Below, one piece after another: positions 29,113 to 39,059 of a DNA stretch of 64,000 bases. Origin of the DNA: an uncultured Candidatus Binatia bacterium (lineage in GTDB: Bacteria > Desulfobacterota > Binatia > Bin18); NCBI GenBank assembly GCA_965200125.1, contig OZ241332.1:2627260-2691259 (forward strand), written 5' to 3'. Below the pieces are notes generated by a model. The model saw only the letters and a program-made list of their open reading frames with translations. It was not told the DNA's origin and searched no databases. The translations under genes and the position numbers were made by a program. The first letter of the stretch is position 1; every line of letters starts with the position of its first letter.

Positions 29113-30255
29113 TCAGCCGACGTTCTTTTCCAGCAGAAACAGAAATTCCAGGTTCGGACGTTCTCCGTCCCGCACCCACGTATGCGTCCACGTCATACCG
29201 GCCATGACGTTCTTCTTGTAATCCATCTCGACCACTTCGAGCAGCTTGCCATTGCGGCACAATACGTCGTGCAGGTCCGCGGCCGTGGCCCGTCCACCGG
29301 AGCTGTACGACAGGACGATCCAGCGCGCCCGAGTTTCTTTGATGAGGGTTTCTATGGCCTCGACCGCAACGAAGCGACCGTCCGGGCGACGGCGGAATTC
29401 TTCGAAGACCGACGCGGCCATCGGATCCGACGTATCCTTCCGCCGGTTGGCCTTTCCGAAAAGATCGGGTTCGTCGAAAAGGACGATACTCGTCCACAGG
29501 TGATAATAGGAGGCGTAACGTACCCGGGACGGTGGCATCTTCTCGTTGTTCGATCCGTAGGGCGGATCGAAATACGCCAGATCGACGGAGACGTTCGGGA
29601 CAAGGTCGAAAATGTCGCCGCGATACACTCGGTGTTTCCGTGATGAAGGGCAGATGTCGGGAATTTTGAGGACGAGATCGTTATAGGATCGGGAGGACCA
29701 ATCTTTGAGATAGGAGGAGAAATGCCCGAGGCTGCTGTCCACCCGGTCGAGCGCCAGGATCAAGCTCGTCAGGGCGACGGCTTTCTCGACCGGACCGAGG
29801 GCAAGTGCGTCGATCTCTTGCCGAACGGCGTCCAGCTTTCGCGTATTATGGACCTGCCAGGGCGCCTTGCGTCCGTCCGGACGTATCGCGCAGCCGTTGT
29901 TCGGGTGTCCACCGTAGTGCTCCGTGAACCAGCCGTCCACGGGTCGGACCGCGTTCAGATGGTCGATGAGAGGCTGGTACGCTTCTCGTTTCTTCGTGTT
30001 GAGCAGATAGCAGGATCCGAACACCTCGGACCATACGGCAAGATCGTTGCAGAGAACGGTATAACCGGACCCGGCGAGTGCTTGCGAGACGCGGGTCGTG
30101 CCCGAAAATCCATCCAGAACCGTCCGCGCATCAACTTTTCGGATCAATTGCAGTATCTGGGGAATCAATTTCAGCTTCGATCCCACATATTTGATGCCTT
30201 CCGTGGGGGGCGCTTCACGCACGAGGTCCCCGAAGAGCGGAAGCGATTGCGTCAT
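29113..30255 (-). CDS. N6-adenine DNA methyltransferase (D12 class)
   Basis: KYVGSK, DGFSGTT (motif I), YFDPPY (motif IV). Confidence 0.9.
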   Translation of the reverse strand: MTQSLPLFGDLVREAPPTEGIKYVGSKLKLIPQILQLIRKVDARTVLDGFSGTTRVSQALAGSGYTVLCNDLAVWSEVFGSCYLLNTKKREAYQPLIDHLNAVRPVDGWFTEHYGGHPNNGCAIRPDGRKAPWQVHNTRKLDAVRQEIDALALGPVEKAVALTSLILALDRVDSSLGHFSSYLKDWSSRSYNDLVLKIPDICPSSRKHRVYRGDIFDLVPNVSVDLAYFDPPYGSNNEKMPPSRVRYASYYHLWTSIVLFDEPDLFGKANRRKDTSDPMAASVFEEFRRRPDGRFVAVEAIETLIKETRARWIVLSYSSGGRATAADLHDVLCRNGKLLEVVEMDYKKNVMAGMTWTHTWVRDGERPNLEFLFLLEKNVG

Positions 30256-30659
30256 TCCAGGATTCCTGCTCCCCGTTTCAGTCTGGAAATGTCTTGTCGG
30301 ATTTCCACAAGTGCAGATTCATGTCCAACTTCCGAGGATACGAGGGCGTGGGAAAACAGTTTCACGAGAACTTTGTTGTGCGTGTACTCGATCCAGCCTC
30401 CGGTCAGGCTGTCGAAATACTTCAACCCGTTCTTCGTATGCGTCCAAAGGCCACGCTGAAGTGCATTTGCCGCCGTCCCACCGTAGCGGACTTCACATAC
30501 GTAATCTCCGCTCGTATCGTAGAATCGGTAAACGGGGTGTTTCCTTCCCTTCTTCCGATCTTCTTTGACAATGCGGACAGTTTCATTCAACGCACGGTCG
30601 TAATCGAACACGAGGATGTTGCAGCCGGTCCGTAAAATCCTTGTAAGGGTTCCGATGCT
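30252..30659 (-). pseudogene. Probable 5'-truncated cognate (restriction endonuclease-like) gene
   Basis: Lower-GC frame open from 30659 with no convincing start or RBS; ATGA overlap with the MTase. Function inferred from position only. Confidence 0.45.
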
Positions 30660-30667
30660 TCATCTTT

Positions 30668-30910
30668 TCACACGGCTTCCGGCGGGGCGTGGTAGCAGGC
30701 GCGGTCCGGTTGGCACCATGCGGCGTGGGCGGAGATGCCGTCCGGGCCGCAGACGTCCAGGCAGCGCACGCACCAGAAGCGCGAGGTCTCGTCGTATGCG
30801 GCCGGCCCGAGATGGAAGGCACCCTGCGAGCGCAGGTAGCGGCACGGCGGCCCGGGCGCCTGCATGGGGGCAAACGGGGAAGCGGTCGTGGCCGGCGTCT
30901 CGCGTTTCAT
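30668..30910 (-). CDS. Small Cys-rich hypothetical protein at the end of the molybdoenzyme operon
   Basis: GGAG RBS; CRYLRS...FWCVRC..VCGPDG....WC.P.R.CY. Confidence 0.65.
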   Translation of the reverse strand: MKRETPATTASPFAPMQAPGPPCRYLRSQGAFHLGPAAYDETSRFWCVRCLDVCGPDGISAHAAWCQPDRACYHAPPEAV

Positions 30911-30937
30911 GGCGTGCTCCGCGGGGTAGATGTGGAT

Positions 30938-31948
30938 TCACTCCAACTCGTCTTCGGCCGGCAGTTGGCCCGCGGCCTTGAGGACGGCGCGGCGGACGAG
31001 TTCGGCCAGCAGCGGCACCTTCTCGGCGTTGTGCGCCAGCGGCTGCGCGCCGCTCACGGCTGCCTGCCCGGCGCGTTCGGCGACGTCAAGATCGACGGCC
31101 TGCCCGATCAATGCGGCTTCGGCCGCGGCGGAGCGTAGCGGCGTGGGCGCAACCGAACCGAGCACGATGCGCGCCCCGCGGACCACGCCCGCCCTCTGCG
31201 TCAAGACGACCGCGGCTTCGGCCAGCGGCCAGTCGAACGACTGTTTATGTTTCAGGTTCAGATAGGCGACCGCGGTCCCGTCGGACGGTTGCGGGAGCGT
31301 CACCGCGGCGATGACGTCGCCCGCGGCCAAGACGTTTTCGCGCCGCACGTCCTGCTCCGGGGTCACGAAGAAATCGGCCAGCGGCAACGTCCGCATGCGG
31401 CCGGTGACGTCGAGCACGTCGAGCGCAGCATCGTAGGCCAGCAGCGGGACCGCGGCACCGGACGGGTGCGTCATGGCACAGGTCCGGTTGCCGAACACGG
31501 CGTGATAGCGGTTGTCGCCCTCCTGTGCGTAACACGTCGCCCCGCCCTTTTTGCGGCAGACGTATGCGACTTGGCGGAAATACCAGCAGCGCGGGCGCTG
31601 ACACAGGTTGCCGCCCAGCGTCGCCTGGTTGCGGATCTGCGGCGTAGCGGCCCCGCGGGCCATGTCCGCCAAGGCAGGCCAACCGGCGCGGACCGCGTCC
31701 GCCACGGCGACTTCGGCCAGCGTGGTCAAACTGCCGATGCGCAGCGCACCTGTGGCCGCATCGCGCCGGACCCCGCGACACTCGTCGATGCGGTCGAGAT
31801 CGACGATCACCTCGGGCGCGACCAGCCGTTCCTGCATCAGGTCGAGCAGGTCCACCCCGCCGGCCTTCAACGCCGCGTTCGGATACGCGCGCAACGCCGC
31901 GGCGGCCTCGGACAAGGTGCGGGGCTGGGTGTAGGCGAACCGCTGCAT
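30938..31948 (-). CDS. FAD-binding subunit of an XDH-family oxidoreductase (PaoB/YagS-like)
   Basis: AGGVDL, ATPQIRNQATLGGNLCQRPRCWYFR with further Cys (4Fe-4S insert), HPS. Confidence 0.92.
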   Translation of the reverse strand: MQRFAYTQPRTLSEAAAALRAYPNAALKAGGVDLLDLMQERLVAPEVIVDLDRIDECRGVRRDAATGALRIGSLTTLAEVAVADAVRAGWPALADMARGAATPQIRNQATLGGNLCQRPRCWYFRQVAYVCRKKGGATCYAQEGDNRYHAVFGNRTCAMTHPSGAAVPLLAYDAALDVLDVTGRMRTLPLADFFVTPEQDVRRENVLAAGDVIAAVTLPQPSDGTAVAYLNLKHKQSFDWPLAEAAVVLTQRAGVVRGARIVLGSVAPTPLRSAAAEAALIGQAVDLDVAERAGQAAVSGAQPLAHNAEKVPLLAELVRRAVLKAAGQLPAEDELE

Positions 31949-31961
31949 CCGCCGTCTCCGC

Positions 31962-34283
31962 TCAGGCGACCGGCTGGGCCGCGGCGCGGTCGCGTGCGGC
32001 CAGCGCCGCCAGCACGCGGCCGGGCGTGATGGGCAGGTCGGTGATCCACGCGCCGGTCGCGTTGTGGATCGCGTTGACCACCGCGGCGATCGTGGCGACC
32101 TTGGCCGGCTCGCCCAGATTCCGCGCGTCGGTACTCGTCCGACCGTGATAGACGTTGAGGAAGACGGTCTCCAGTGCGGGCATCTCGCGTGGTCCGGCCA
32201 GCTTGTAGAACAGGAAGTCGGGGTTCAACATGCGGCCCTCGGCCTCGTCCATCACGCGCTCCTCGAACAGGCCGAAGCTCAGCGCGTTGACGATCCCGCC
32301 CTGCAACTGGCTTTCGGCCAGCAGCGGATTGATTACCCGGCCGCAGTCCTGCACCGCGACGATCCTCTCCACCGTCACCCGGCCCAGCCGTTCGTCCACG
32401 CTGACTTCCGCGAACTGCACGCCGGCCATCAGGTCGTGGCCCAGGGAGACGCGCGGGAACACGGCCGCGGGGCCGCCGTAATCGTCCGTCCGCTCGCCCA
32501 GGGCCGCGGTCTTGCCCCCGGGCAGCAGGGCGCAGGCTTGCCGCCAGCCCAGATGTTTCCCCCCCGGCCCAACGACGCGCCCGCCCGTCTCCAGCGTCAG
32601 CGCGTCCGGGTCGGCGACGTGCAGCGCACGGGCCGCATGGCGCAACAGCGTGCGTTTGACCCGCGCCGCGGCCTGACGGGCCGGCGGAGTAACGCTCGAC
32701 GTGACTTTGCTGCCGCCCGGCGCGGGCGAGAACGGATAGTCCGCATTCGCCAGCCGCACGTCGATCTGCGCGGCGTTCAGACCCAACTCCTCGGCTACGG
32801 TCTGCGCGATCACGGTGCGCGCGCCGGCGCCCGGCTCGGTCGTGCTGGTCAGCGCGACCACGCTGCCGTCCCTGTTGAGTTGGACTTCCACCTGCGTGCC
32901 GGGCGTGTACACGCTGTACCACACGCTGTTGGCCACGCCGATGCCGCGCTTGATCGGCCCGTCCGCGGCGCCGGGCATGGGGTCGCGGCGTTGTTGCCAG
33001 CCGATCCGTTCCGCACCGATCCGCAGTTCGTCCGCGCGCCACGGCGTGCGCGCGCAACTGTTCCGCAACCGGAATTCCACGGGGTCCTGTCCCAGCCGCA
33101 AACACAACATGTCGATGGCGACTTCCAGAGCGAACGCGCCCTGCGGATGCCCGGGCGCCCGGAAGGCGCACGCCGGGCCGGTATTCATCAGCACGTCGTA
33201 GTCGGCCGCGCGCACGTGGGCGCAATCGTAGATGCTGTAGAACGGCCTGGACGCGCCCCCGCCGAAGCCGGCGCCCGCGGACCCGTAATTGGTCAGCTCT
33301 ACCCCGGCCAGCGTACCGTCGCGCATCCCCGCCACGCGCACCTGCATTCTGTTCTGGGGCCGGTTGCCGCCGGTCAGGTGCTCGTCCTTACGCGACAGGG
33401 CGATCTTGACCGGCCGGCCCGCCTTTTTCGCCAGATGGGCGGCCAGAGCCGCGTACGGCAGGCTGGAGCCTTTGGTTCCGAAGTGGCCGCCGACGAAACT
33501 GTTGACCACGCGCACCCGGGTGTAGGGCAGGTCGAAATAATCGGCCAGTTCGGCGCGCGCCTTGGTGACCGATTTGGTGCCGCAGTGCACGACCAGCCGG
33601 CCCGCGGCGTCCCAGTCGGCGACCGCGGCGTGGGTCTCCAGACAACTGTGGGTCTGGACCGGCGTGGAAAACTCCTGCTCGACGACCGCGTCGGCGATCT
33701 GGACCGCGTGCGGCACGTCGCCCCGGTCCGCGCCGAACAGCGAGCGCGTGGCCGGGCCGAATACGTTACCGTTCTGCTGCGGGGCGGACTTCCGCCCGTT
33801 TCCTCCTCCAGGCATGACGACCGGCGCATCCGGGCGCAGCGCGGCCTCGAAACTCACCACGAACGGCCCGGGCCGGTAGCCGACGCGGACCGCGGCCGCG
33901 GCCTCCTCGGCCTGTTGCGGCGTGTCCGCGGCCACGGCTGCCACCTCGTGCCCCTGATAGCGGACTCGGCTGCGGTTGAGCACGTGCACGGCCCGCACTC
34001 CGGGCAGACGTTCGGCCGCCGCGGTATCGACGGATTCAATCCCAGCCGCGGGATACGGCGAGCGGACGATGACGCCGTACAGCATGTCCGGCAACTGCAC
34101 GTCGCGGGTGTACACGGCGTGGCCGGTGACCTTGGAACGGGCGTCCACACGCGGCACCGGTTTGCCGACGACGCGCAGCCGCGCCGCGGCGTCCCACGGG
34201 CGCGGCTCATCGTCCGGGATGCCGCGCGTTTGTACGGATAGCGCGCTGCCGTACCCGACCTGCAGTTCAACCTCGCGCGGCAT
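31962..34283 (-). CDS. Molybdopterin-binding subunit of an XDH-family oxidoreductase (PaoC/YagR-like)
   Basis: KVTG.A.Y..D, VGGHFGTK, FRAPG, DCGRVINP, LGEP. Confidence 0.92.
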   Translation of the reverse strand: MPREVELQVGYGSALSVQTRGIPDDEPRPWDAAARLRVVGKPVPRVDARSKVTGHAVYTRDVQLPDMLYGVIVRSPYPAAGIESVDTAAAERLPGVRAVHVLNRSRVRYQGHEVAAVAADTPQQAEEAAAAVRVGYRPGPFVVSFEAALRPDAPVVMPGGGNGRKSAPQQNGNVFGPATRSLFGADRGDVPHAVQIADAVVEQEFSTPVQTHSCLETHAAVADWDAAGRLVVHCGTKSVTKARAELADYFDLPYTRVRVVNSFVGGHFGTKGSSLPYAALAAHLAKKAGRPVKIALSRKDEHLTGGNRPQNRMQVRVAGMRDGTLAGVELTNYGSAGAGFGGGASRPFYSIYDCAHVRAADYDVLMNTGPACAFRAPGHPQGAFALEVAIDMLCLRLGQDPVEFRLRNSCARTPWRADELRIGAERIGWQQRRDPMPGAADGPIKRGIGVANSVWYSVYTPGTQVEVQLNRDGSVVALTSTTEPGAGARTVIAQTVAEELGLNAAQIDVRLANADYPFSPAPGGSKVTSSVTPPARQAAARVKRTLLRHAARALHVADPDALTLETGGRVVGPGGKHLGWRQACALLPGGKTAALGERTDDYGGPAAVFPRVSLGHDLMAGVQFAEVSVDERLGRVTVERIVAVQDCGRVINPLLAESQLQGGIVNALSFGLFEERVMDEAEGRMLNPDFLFYKLAGPREMPALETVFLNVYHGRTSTDARNLGEPAKVATIAAVVNAIHNATGAWITDLPITPGRVLAALAARDRAAAQPVA

Positions 34284-34320
34284 ATTCACCCCTGGACCGA
34301 ATCTGCTCCCATCCCCGCAG

Positions 34321-34992
34321 TTACCCCCGTTCCCCACCGCGGTCCACGGCCTGACCGGACGCAGCCAGCACTGCATCGAACACGTGGGGATAGCTGCCGC
34401 AGCGACACACGTTGCCGCTCAGCGCGGCTTTCACTTCGGAGAGCGAAGGCTCGGCATTGCGGTCCAGTAGGGCGCGGCAACTCATCAACATGCCGGGCGT
34501 ACAATAGCCACACTGGAGCGCGTCGTGCGCAATGAACGCCTCTTGCAGCGGGTCGAGACGATCCGCATCGGGCGCGAGTCCTTCCACCGTACGGATCGCC
34601 TTTCCCTGCACGGCCGCGGCCAGCAGCATGCACGATACGACCGGCACGCCGTCCAACAACACGGTACACCCACCGCACGCCCCGCGCTCACAGACGACCT
34701 TGGTGCCCGTCAGCCCCAGGTGGTCGCGTAACGCCTCGGCCAAGCTCACACGCGGTTCGACCGTGACGGTCCGCTCCCGGCCGTTGACGTGCAGCGTGAC
34801 CTGCGTCGGCCCCGGCCCCACAAGTGGCGGTGCCCCTTCCTCGTCCCCCGCCTGCGCCCCGGCCAACGGCACCTGCAGCGCGGCCACCCCGGCCGCTCCT
34901 ACGCCGGCGCCTTTCAGAAACGACCGGCGGCTGATCCCCGCGGCCGGCGCGTCGTCCGCCCGTTCGGTAGCCTTTCTCGACGTCTCGCTCAT
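34321..34992 (-). CDS. 2Fe-2S subunit with Tat signal (PaoA/YagT-like)
   Basis: SRRSFLK twin-arginine signal; CERGACGGC, QCGYCTPG, CRC. Confidence 0.93.
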   Translation of the reverse strand: MSETSRKATERADDAPAAGISRRSFLKGAGVGAAGVAALQVPLAGAQAGDEEGAPPLVGPGPTQVTLHVNGRERTVTVEPRVSLAEALRDHLGLTGTKVVCERGACGGCTVLLDGVPVVSCMLLAAAVQGKAIRTVEGLAPDADRLDPLQEAFIAHDALQCGYCTPGMLMSCRALLDRNAEPSLSEVKAALSGNVCRCGSYPHVFDAVLAASGQAVDRGGERG

Positions 34993-35030
34993 TTTCTGCG
35001 TGCTCTGGCTTTTATTGGCATTACGTACCA

Positions 35031-35055
35031 GCCCGTTGAGCCTGTCGAAACGGGC
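35031..35055. repeat. Invariant-loop hairpin repeat copy
   Basis: GCCCGTT-GAGCCTGTCGA-AACGGGC. Confidence 0.85.
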
Positions 35056-35155
35056 GCGGGACGAATTTCGTCTGGCATTCCTTTATTTCCGTTTCCTCTT
35101 CAACCTCTGCGTCTCGTTCTTCCTCAATCCACAATCAGCAATCCACAATCCAAAA

Positions 35156-36703
35156 TCAAACCCCCTCGGCTTCCCGCCCCAACGCCACCAACTTCCCCCG
35201 CTCCACCTTCCCCATCGCGTTGCGCGGAATCTCGTCCAGAAACCGGTACCGCCGCGGCCGTTTATAGGGCGCCAAGTCACGTTCCACGCGCTGCCGCAGC
35301 CGCGCTTCCAACGCCGTTGGGTCCTCACCGTCTTGTGGTACGACGAACGCGGCGACCGTTTCGCCCAGGTCGGTATCCTGCACGCCGGCGACCGCCACCT
35401 CGCGCACCCCGGCCTCGGGCTCCAGCGCGGCCTCGACCTCGCCCGGAGTCACGTTCGTGCCGCCCACGATGATGAGTTCCTTCATCCGCCCGTCGATCGT
35501 CAGGTAGCCATCCGTGTCCAGCACGCCCATGTCGCCGGTCCGGAACCAGCCGTCGTGGAACGCCTCGGCCGTGGCCGCGGGGTTCCGCCAGTAGCCGCGG
35601 AACACGTTCGGCCCGCGCACCCGGATTTCTCCGCTCTCCCCGTGCGGCAACGGACGGTGAGCGGTCGCGTCGAACACACCGACCTCGATGCCCGGCAGCG
35701 CGGTGCCGACCGTACCAGCGCGGCGTTCGCCGGCGAGCGGGTTGGACGTATTGATGGCGGTTTCGGTCAGCCCGTAGCGTTCGACGATGCGATGTCCGAA
35801 GCGCGCCTCGAACCGCCGGAACGTCTCGACCGACAGCGGAGCCGAGCCCGAAATGCAGAGCCGCACCGAGTCGAGCGCGAAATCCCCCCCGGTCTCGACC
35901 ATCCGGTGGTACATGGTGGGCACCCCCATGAAGACGCTGATCCGCTGCGCACTCAGGCCGGCCAGCACCACGGCCGGGTCGAAACGCTCCAGCAGCACCG
36001 CGGCCCCGCCCGTGAACAGCGTGCCGTACAAGCCCAGGGCCAAACCGTGCAGGTGGTGGGGCGGCAGCGCGTGCAGCAGACGGTCGTCCTCGGTCATTCG
36101 CCACGTCTGGACCAGCAGGGCGTGCAGGTTGGCGGCGAGGTTGGCGTGGGTGAGGCCGACGCCTTTGGGTTGGCCGGTCGTGCCGCTGGTGAACAGCAGC
36201 AAGGCGTCCTTGTCCGCTGCGCCGGTGCGGGGTTCCGTTCCGCTTCGAGAATCGGCCAGCACGTCCGACAGCGATTCGGTATCGGACGGCGCGTCCCCGT
36301 CGGCCACCCACCACGGCCCACGCACCGCGCGTCTCGTCTCCGGCGCGCGGGTCAGCAGCACGGCGTTGGTGATCGCCAGCGCAACGTCGGCCTGGCGCAG
36401 GACGGCGTCGGTCTCGGCCGCGGACAGGGCCGGATTGAGCGGCACGACGCATGCCCCGACGCCCAGCGCCGCCAGATGCGCGGTCACCAGCCCCGCGGAT
36501 TTTCCGAGAGACAGCGCCACGCGATCGCCCGGTCCGACGCCCGCGGCATGCAGCGCGGCCATCCAGCGCGCGGCCTCGTCCAACAATTCCCCGCGGGTTT
36601 GCCGCCACTTAATGGCGCCGGACGGATCGAGACGTTCGAACAGGATTCGGTCGGGATCACGGGCCAGACGGCGCCAGAACGCGGCGGCAAGGTGCATGGA
36701 CAC
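35156..36703 (-). CDS. AMP-dependent acyl-CoA synthetase (MatB malonyl-CoA synthetase-like)
   Basis: FTSGTTGQPKG, GVPTMY.R, ISGSAPL, ERYGLTE, PRNAMGK. Confidence 0.9.
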   Translation of the reverse strand: MSMHLAAAFWRRLARDPDRILFERLDPSGAIKWRQTRGELLDEAARWMAALHAAGVGPGDRVALSLGKSAGLVTAHLAALGVGACVVPLNPALSAAETDAVLRQADVALAITNAVLLTRAPETRRAVRGPWWVADGDAPSDTESLSDVLADSRSGTEPRTGAADKDALLLFTSGTTGQPKGVGLTHANLAANLHALLVQTWRMTEDDRLLHALPPHHLHGLALGLYGTLFTGGAAVLLERFDPAVVLAGLSAQRISVFMGVPTMYHRMVETGGDFALDSVRLCISGSAPLSVETFRRFEARFGHRIVERYGLTETAINTSNPLAGERRAGTVGTALPGIEVGVFDATAHRPLPHGESGEIRVRGPNVFRGYWRNPAATAEAFHDGWFRTGDMGVLDTDGYLTIDGRMKELIIVGGTNVTPGEVEAALEPEAGVREVAVAGVQDTDLGETVAAFVVPQDGEDPTALEARLRQRVERDLAPYKRPRRYRFLDEIPRNAMGKVERGKLVALGREAEGV

Positions 36704-36839
36704 CGACCTACCACGCTGCCGAAGACGGGAACAAGCAGCGGCCGCATAACCGTTTGCTTGTAATCTCAGTCCGGCTGATTTACCCCTCGGAGACTATTCA
36801 TGGCTACAAGAAACTACACGAGCAAGTTAGGAGGGATGT

Positions 36840-37637
36840 ATGGCGGGAACGTTCGAGGGACAGGGCGTCGTGGTGACCGCGGGCGGGTCGGGAATCGGGG
36901 CGGCCGCGGCGACGCGATTCGCACAGCAAGGCGCCGGAGTGGTGGTCGCGGACCTGAGCGGAACGCGGGCCGAGGCGGTCACGGCGCAGATCGCCGACGC
37001 GGGCGGGAAAGCCACGGCGCTCAAGATGGACGCCTCGGATCCGGACGGGGTACAGGCCGCCATCCGTCTGGCGCTGAACACCTACGGCCGGCTGGACGTC
37101 ATGTTCAACAACGCCGGCCACGGCGAACCCGCGCTCCTGGAAGAGACCTCGCTCGAAAGCTGGCAACGCACCCTGGCCGTCAGCCTCACGGCGACCTTTC
37201 TGGGCATCAGATACTCTCTGCCCGTGATGCGCGACCAGGGCAAAGGGGCGATCGTGAATACCGCGTCGGTGTCTGGCATGGGCGGCGACTACGGCATGGC
37301 CGCCTACAATGCGGCCAAGGCGGGTGTCATCAACCTCACCCGCGCCGCGGCGCTGGAGAACGCCCGCCACAATATCCGCGTCAATTGCGTGTGTCCGGGG
37401 GCGATCGATACGCGCGTGGCGCAGTTGCTCGGCGGCGACCGGGCCGACGAATTCCGGCGCGTGCAGGCGCAGGCTCACCCGCTCGGACGCATGGGGCGAC
37501 CCGAGGAGGTCGCCGAAACCGTGCTTTTTCTGGCGTCCGACGCCGCGGCATTCGTCACCGGCCAGGCGTTGGCCGTCGATGGCGGCCTCACCGCGCATAC
37601 CGGCCTGCCCGACATGGTGAAGATCACCGCGGGGTGA
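36840..37637 (+). CDS. SDR-family oxidoreductase
   Basis: TAGGSGIG, NNAG, YNAAK, VNCVCPG. Confidence 0.94.
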   Translation: MAGTFEGQGVVVTAGGSGIGAAAATRFAQQGAGVVVADLSGTRAEAVTAQIADAGGKATALKMDASDPDGVQAAIRLALNTYGRLDVMFNNAGHGEPALLEETSLESWQRTLAVSLTATFLGIRYSLPVMRDQGKGAIVNTASVSGMGGDYGMAAYNAAKAGVINLTRAAALENARHNIRVNCVCPGAIDTRVAQLLGGDRADEFRRVQAQAHPLGRMGRPEEVAETVLFLASDAAAFVTGQALAVDGGLTAHTGLPDMVKITAG

Positions 37638-37809
37638 ACCCGAACCCCTGTTCCGTGGCGGCAGGCTCGTCGGTCCTGCCCCGGTTTGAAATTCCCGGGT
37701 GCATTCAATGCTGAGTCGAACCCGCACCCTTCCCCAAAGGGGGAGGGGATAAACGGTAGTCCCCTTTTCCCTCCCCTTCGAAAGGGAATTAGAGACAAGA
37801 CGGTTCTTC

Positions 37810-37857
37810 GCCCGTTTCGACAAGCTCAACGGGCTGCTCCCTGAGCTTGTCGAAGGG
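37810..37857. repeat. Inverted doublet of invariant-loop hairpins
   Basis: GCCCGTT-TCGACAAGCTC-AACGGGC followed by CCCT-GAGCTTGTCGA-AGGG. Confidence 0.85.
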
Positions 37858-37947
37858 TTTTCAACCAACGGGAGTGGGGATGTACGCGATAGCGAATCCT
37901 AGGATCGTCTCGTCCGTCGTACCGTTTTCAGACTTGACGTGAGACAG

Positions 37948-38943
37948 TTACTCGTCTGCCGCTGCCAGAACCTCCGGGTTTACCGGCGTCGGGACCCGCT
38001 CGCCGCGGAGAAAGGCGGCGACGTTTTCCGCGGCCAAGCGTGCCATGCGCGTGCGAGTCGCTACGCTGGCGCTGCCCACGTGCGGGACGATCAGACAGTT
38101 GTCGAGCGTGAGCAGCGGATGATCCGCGGGCAGCGGCTCCGGATCGGTCACGTCCAACGCGGCGCCGGCAATCCGCCGGTCGCACAGGGCTCGGTACAGC
38201 GCGTCGGAATCCACCACCGGCCCGCGGGCGGCGTTGATCAGATAGGCCGTCGGTTTCATGGCGGCCAACCGCGTTGCGGAGATGAGGTGGCGCGTCTCGG
38301 GAGTCAGCGGCGTCAGGACGACGACGAAATCCGCGCTGCCCAGCAACGTGTCCAAGGGGACCCACGTACAGCCCAGCCGCGCTTCCGCGTCCGGGTTCCG
38401 GCCGCGGTTGTGGTAGAGCACGCGCATGTCGAAGCCGCGGGCGCGCTTGGCGACCTCGGCGCCGATGCGGCCCAGGCCGACGATGCCCAAGGTGGCGTGA
38501 TGCACGTCCGCCCCCAGAAAGCGGAACGGGCTCCAGATCGGCCAGCGGCCCGCCCGCACGAGGCGTTCACCCTCACCGATGCGCCGGGCGATGCCCAGCA
38601 GCAAGGCGAACGTCAAGTCCGCCGTCGTTTCGGTCAACACGTCCGGCGTGTTGGTGAGCAGGATGCCGCGGCGGGTGAGCGCCGGCACGTCCACGTTGTC
38701 GTAGCCCGCGGCCATGTTGGCAACCAGCTCGAGCCGCGGGGCGCGGTCGAGTAGCAATGCGTCCACCTTCTCGCTGACCATACTCAGCAGCGCCGTGGTG
38801 TCGCGGATTTCGCGGAGCAGGGTGTCGCGCGGAATCGCGTCTTCGGAGTCCCACACGCGCAATCCGGGCTCGGCCGCAATCGGCTCCAAGCCGGCGGGCG
38901 TCAGCCGGCGCGTGACGTAGATTTCGGGCGAAGATGTGGACAT
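37948..38943 (-). CDS. D-2-hydroxyacid dehydrogenase (glyoxylate reductase/D-glycerate dehydrogenase)
   Basis: GYDNVD, TNTPDVL, GLGRIG, INAARG, LDVTDPEP, PHVGSA. Confidence 0.93.
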   Translation of the reverse strand: MSTSSPEIYVTRRLTPAGLEPIAAEPGLRVWDSEDAIPRDTLLREIRDTTALLSMVSEKVDALLLDRAPRLELVANMAAGYDNVDVPALTRRGILLTNTPDVLTETTADLTFALLLGIARRIGEGERLVRAGRWPIWSPFRFLGADVHHATLGIVGLGRIGAEVAKRARGFDMRVLYHNRGRNPDAEARLGCTWVPLDTLLGSADFVVVLTPLTPETRHLISATRLAAMKPTAYLINAARGPVVDSDALYRALCDRRIAGAALDVTDPEPLPADHPLLTLDNCLIVPHVGSASVATRTRMARLAAENVAAFLRGERVPTPVNPEVLAAADE

Positions 38944-39059
38944 CAGCTACCGCGCGGCAGGGTGGCATACGCACGGACGAAAGACTAGATTGACGCGGTA
39001 CGGCATACGGATAGCCGAGCCGAAACGTGCCGGACAATAACGAGAGCGGGAGGCGAACG

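Noticed and set aside
30252-30910. Selenocysteine read-through joining the Cys-rich ORF to the downstream fragment
   Set aside because: The TGA at 30670-30668 is not in frame with the 30252-30611 ORF, and no SECIS-like hairpin was seen
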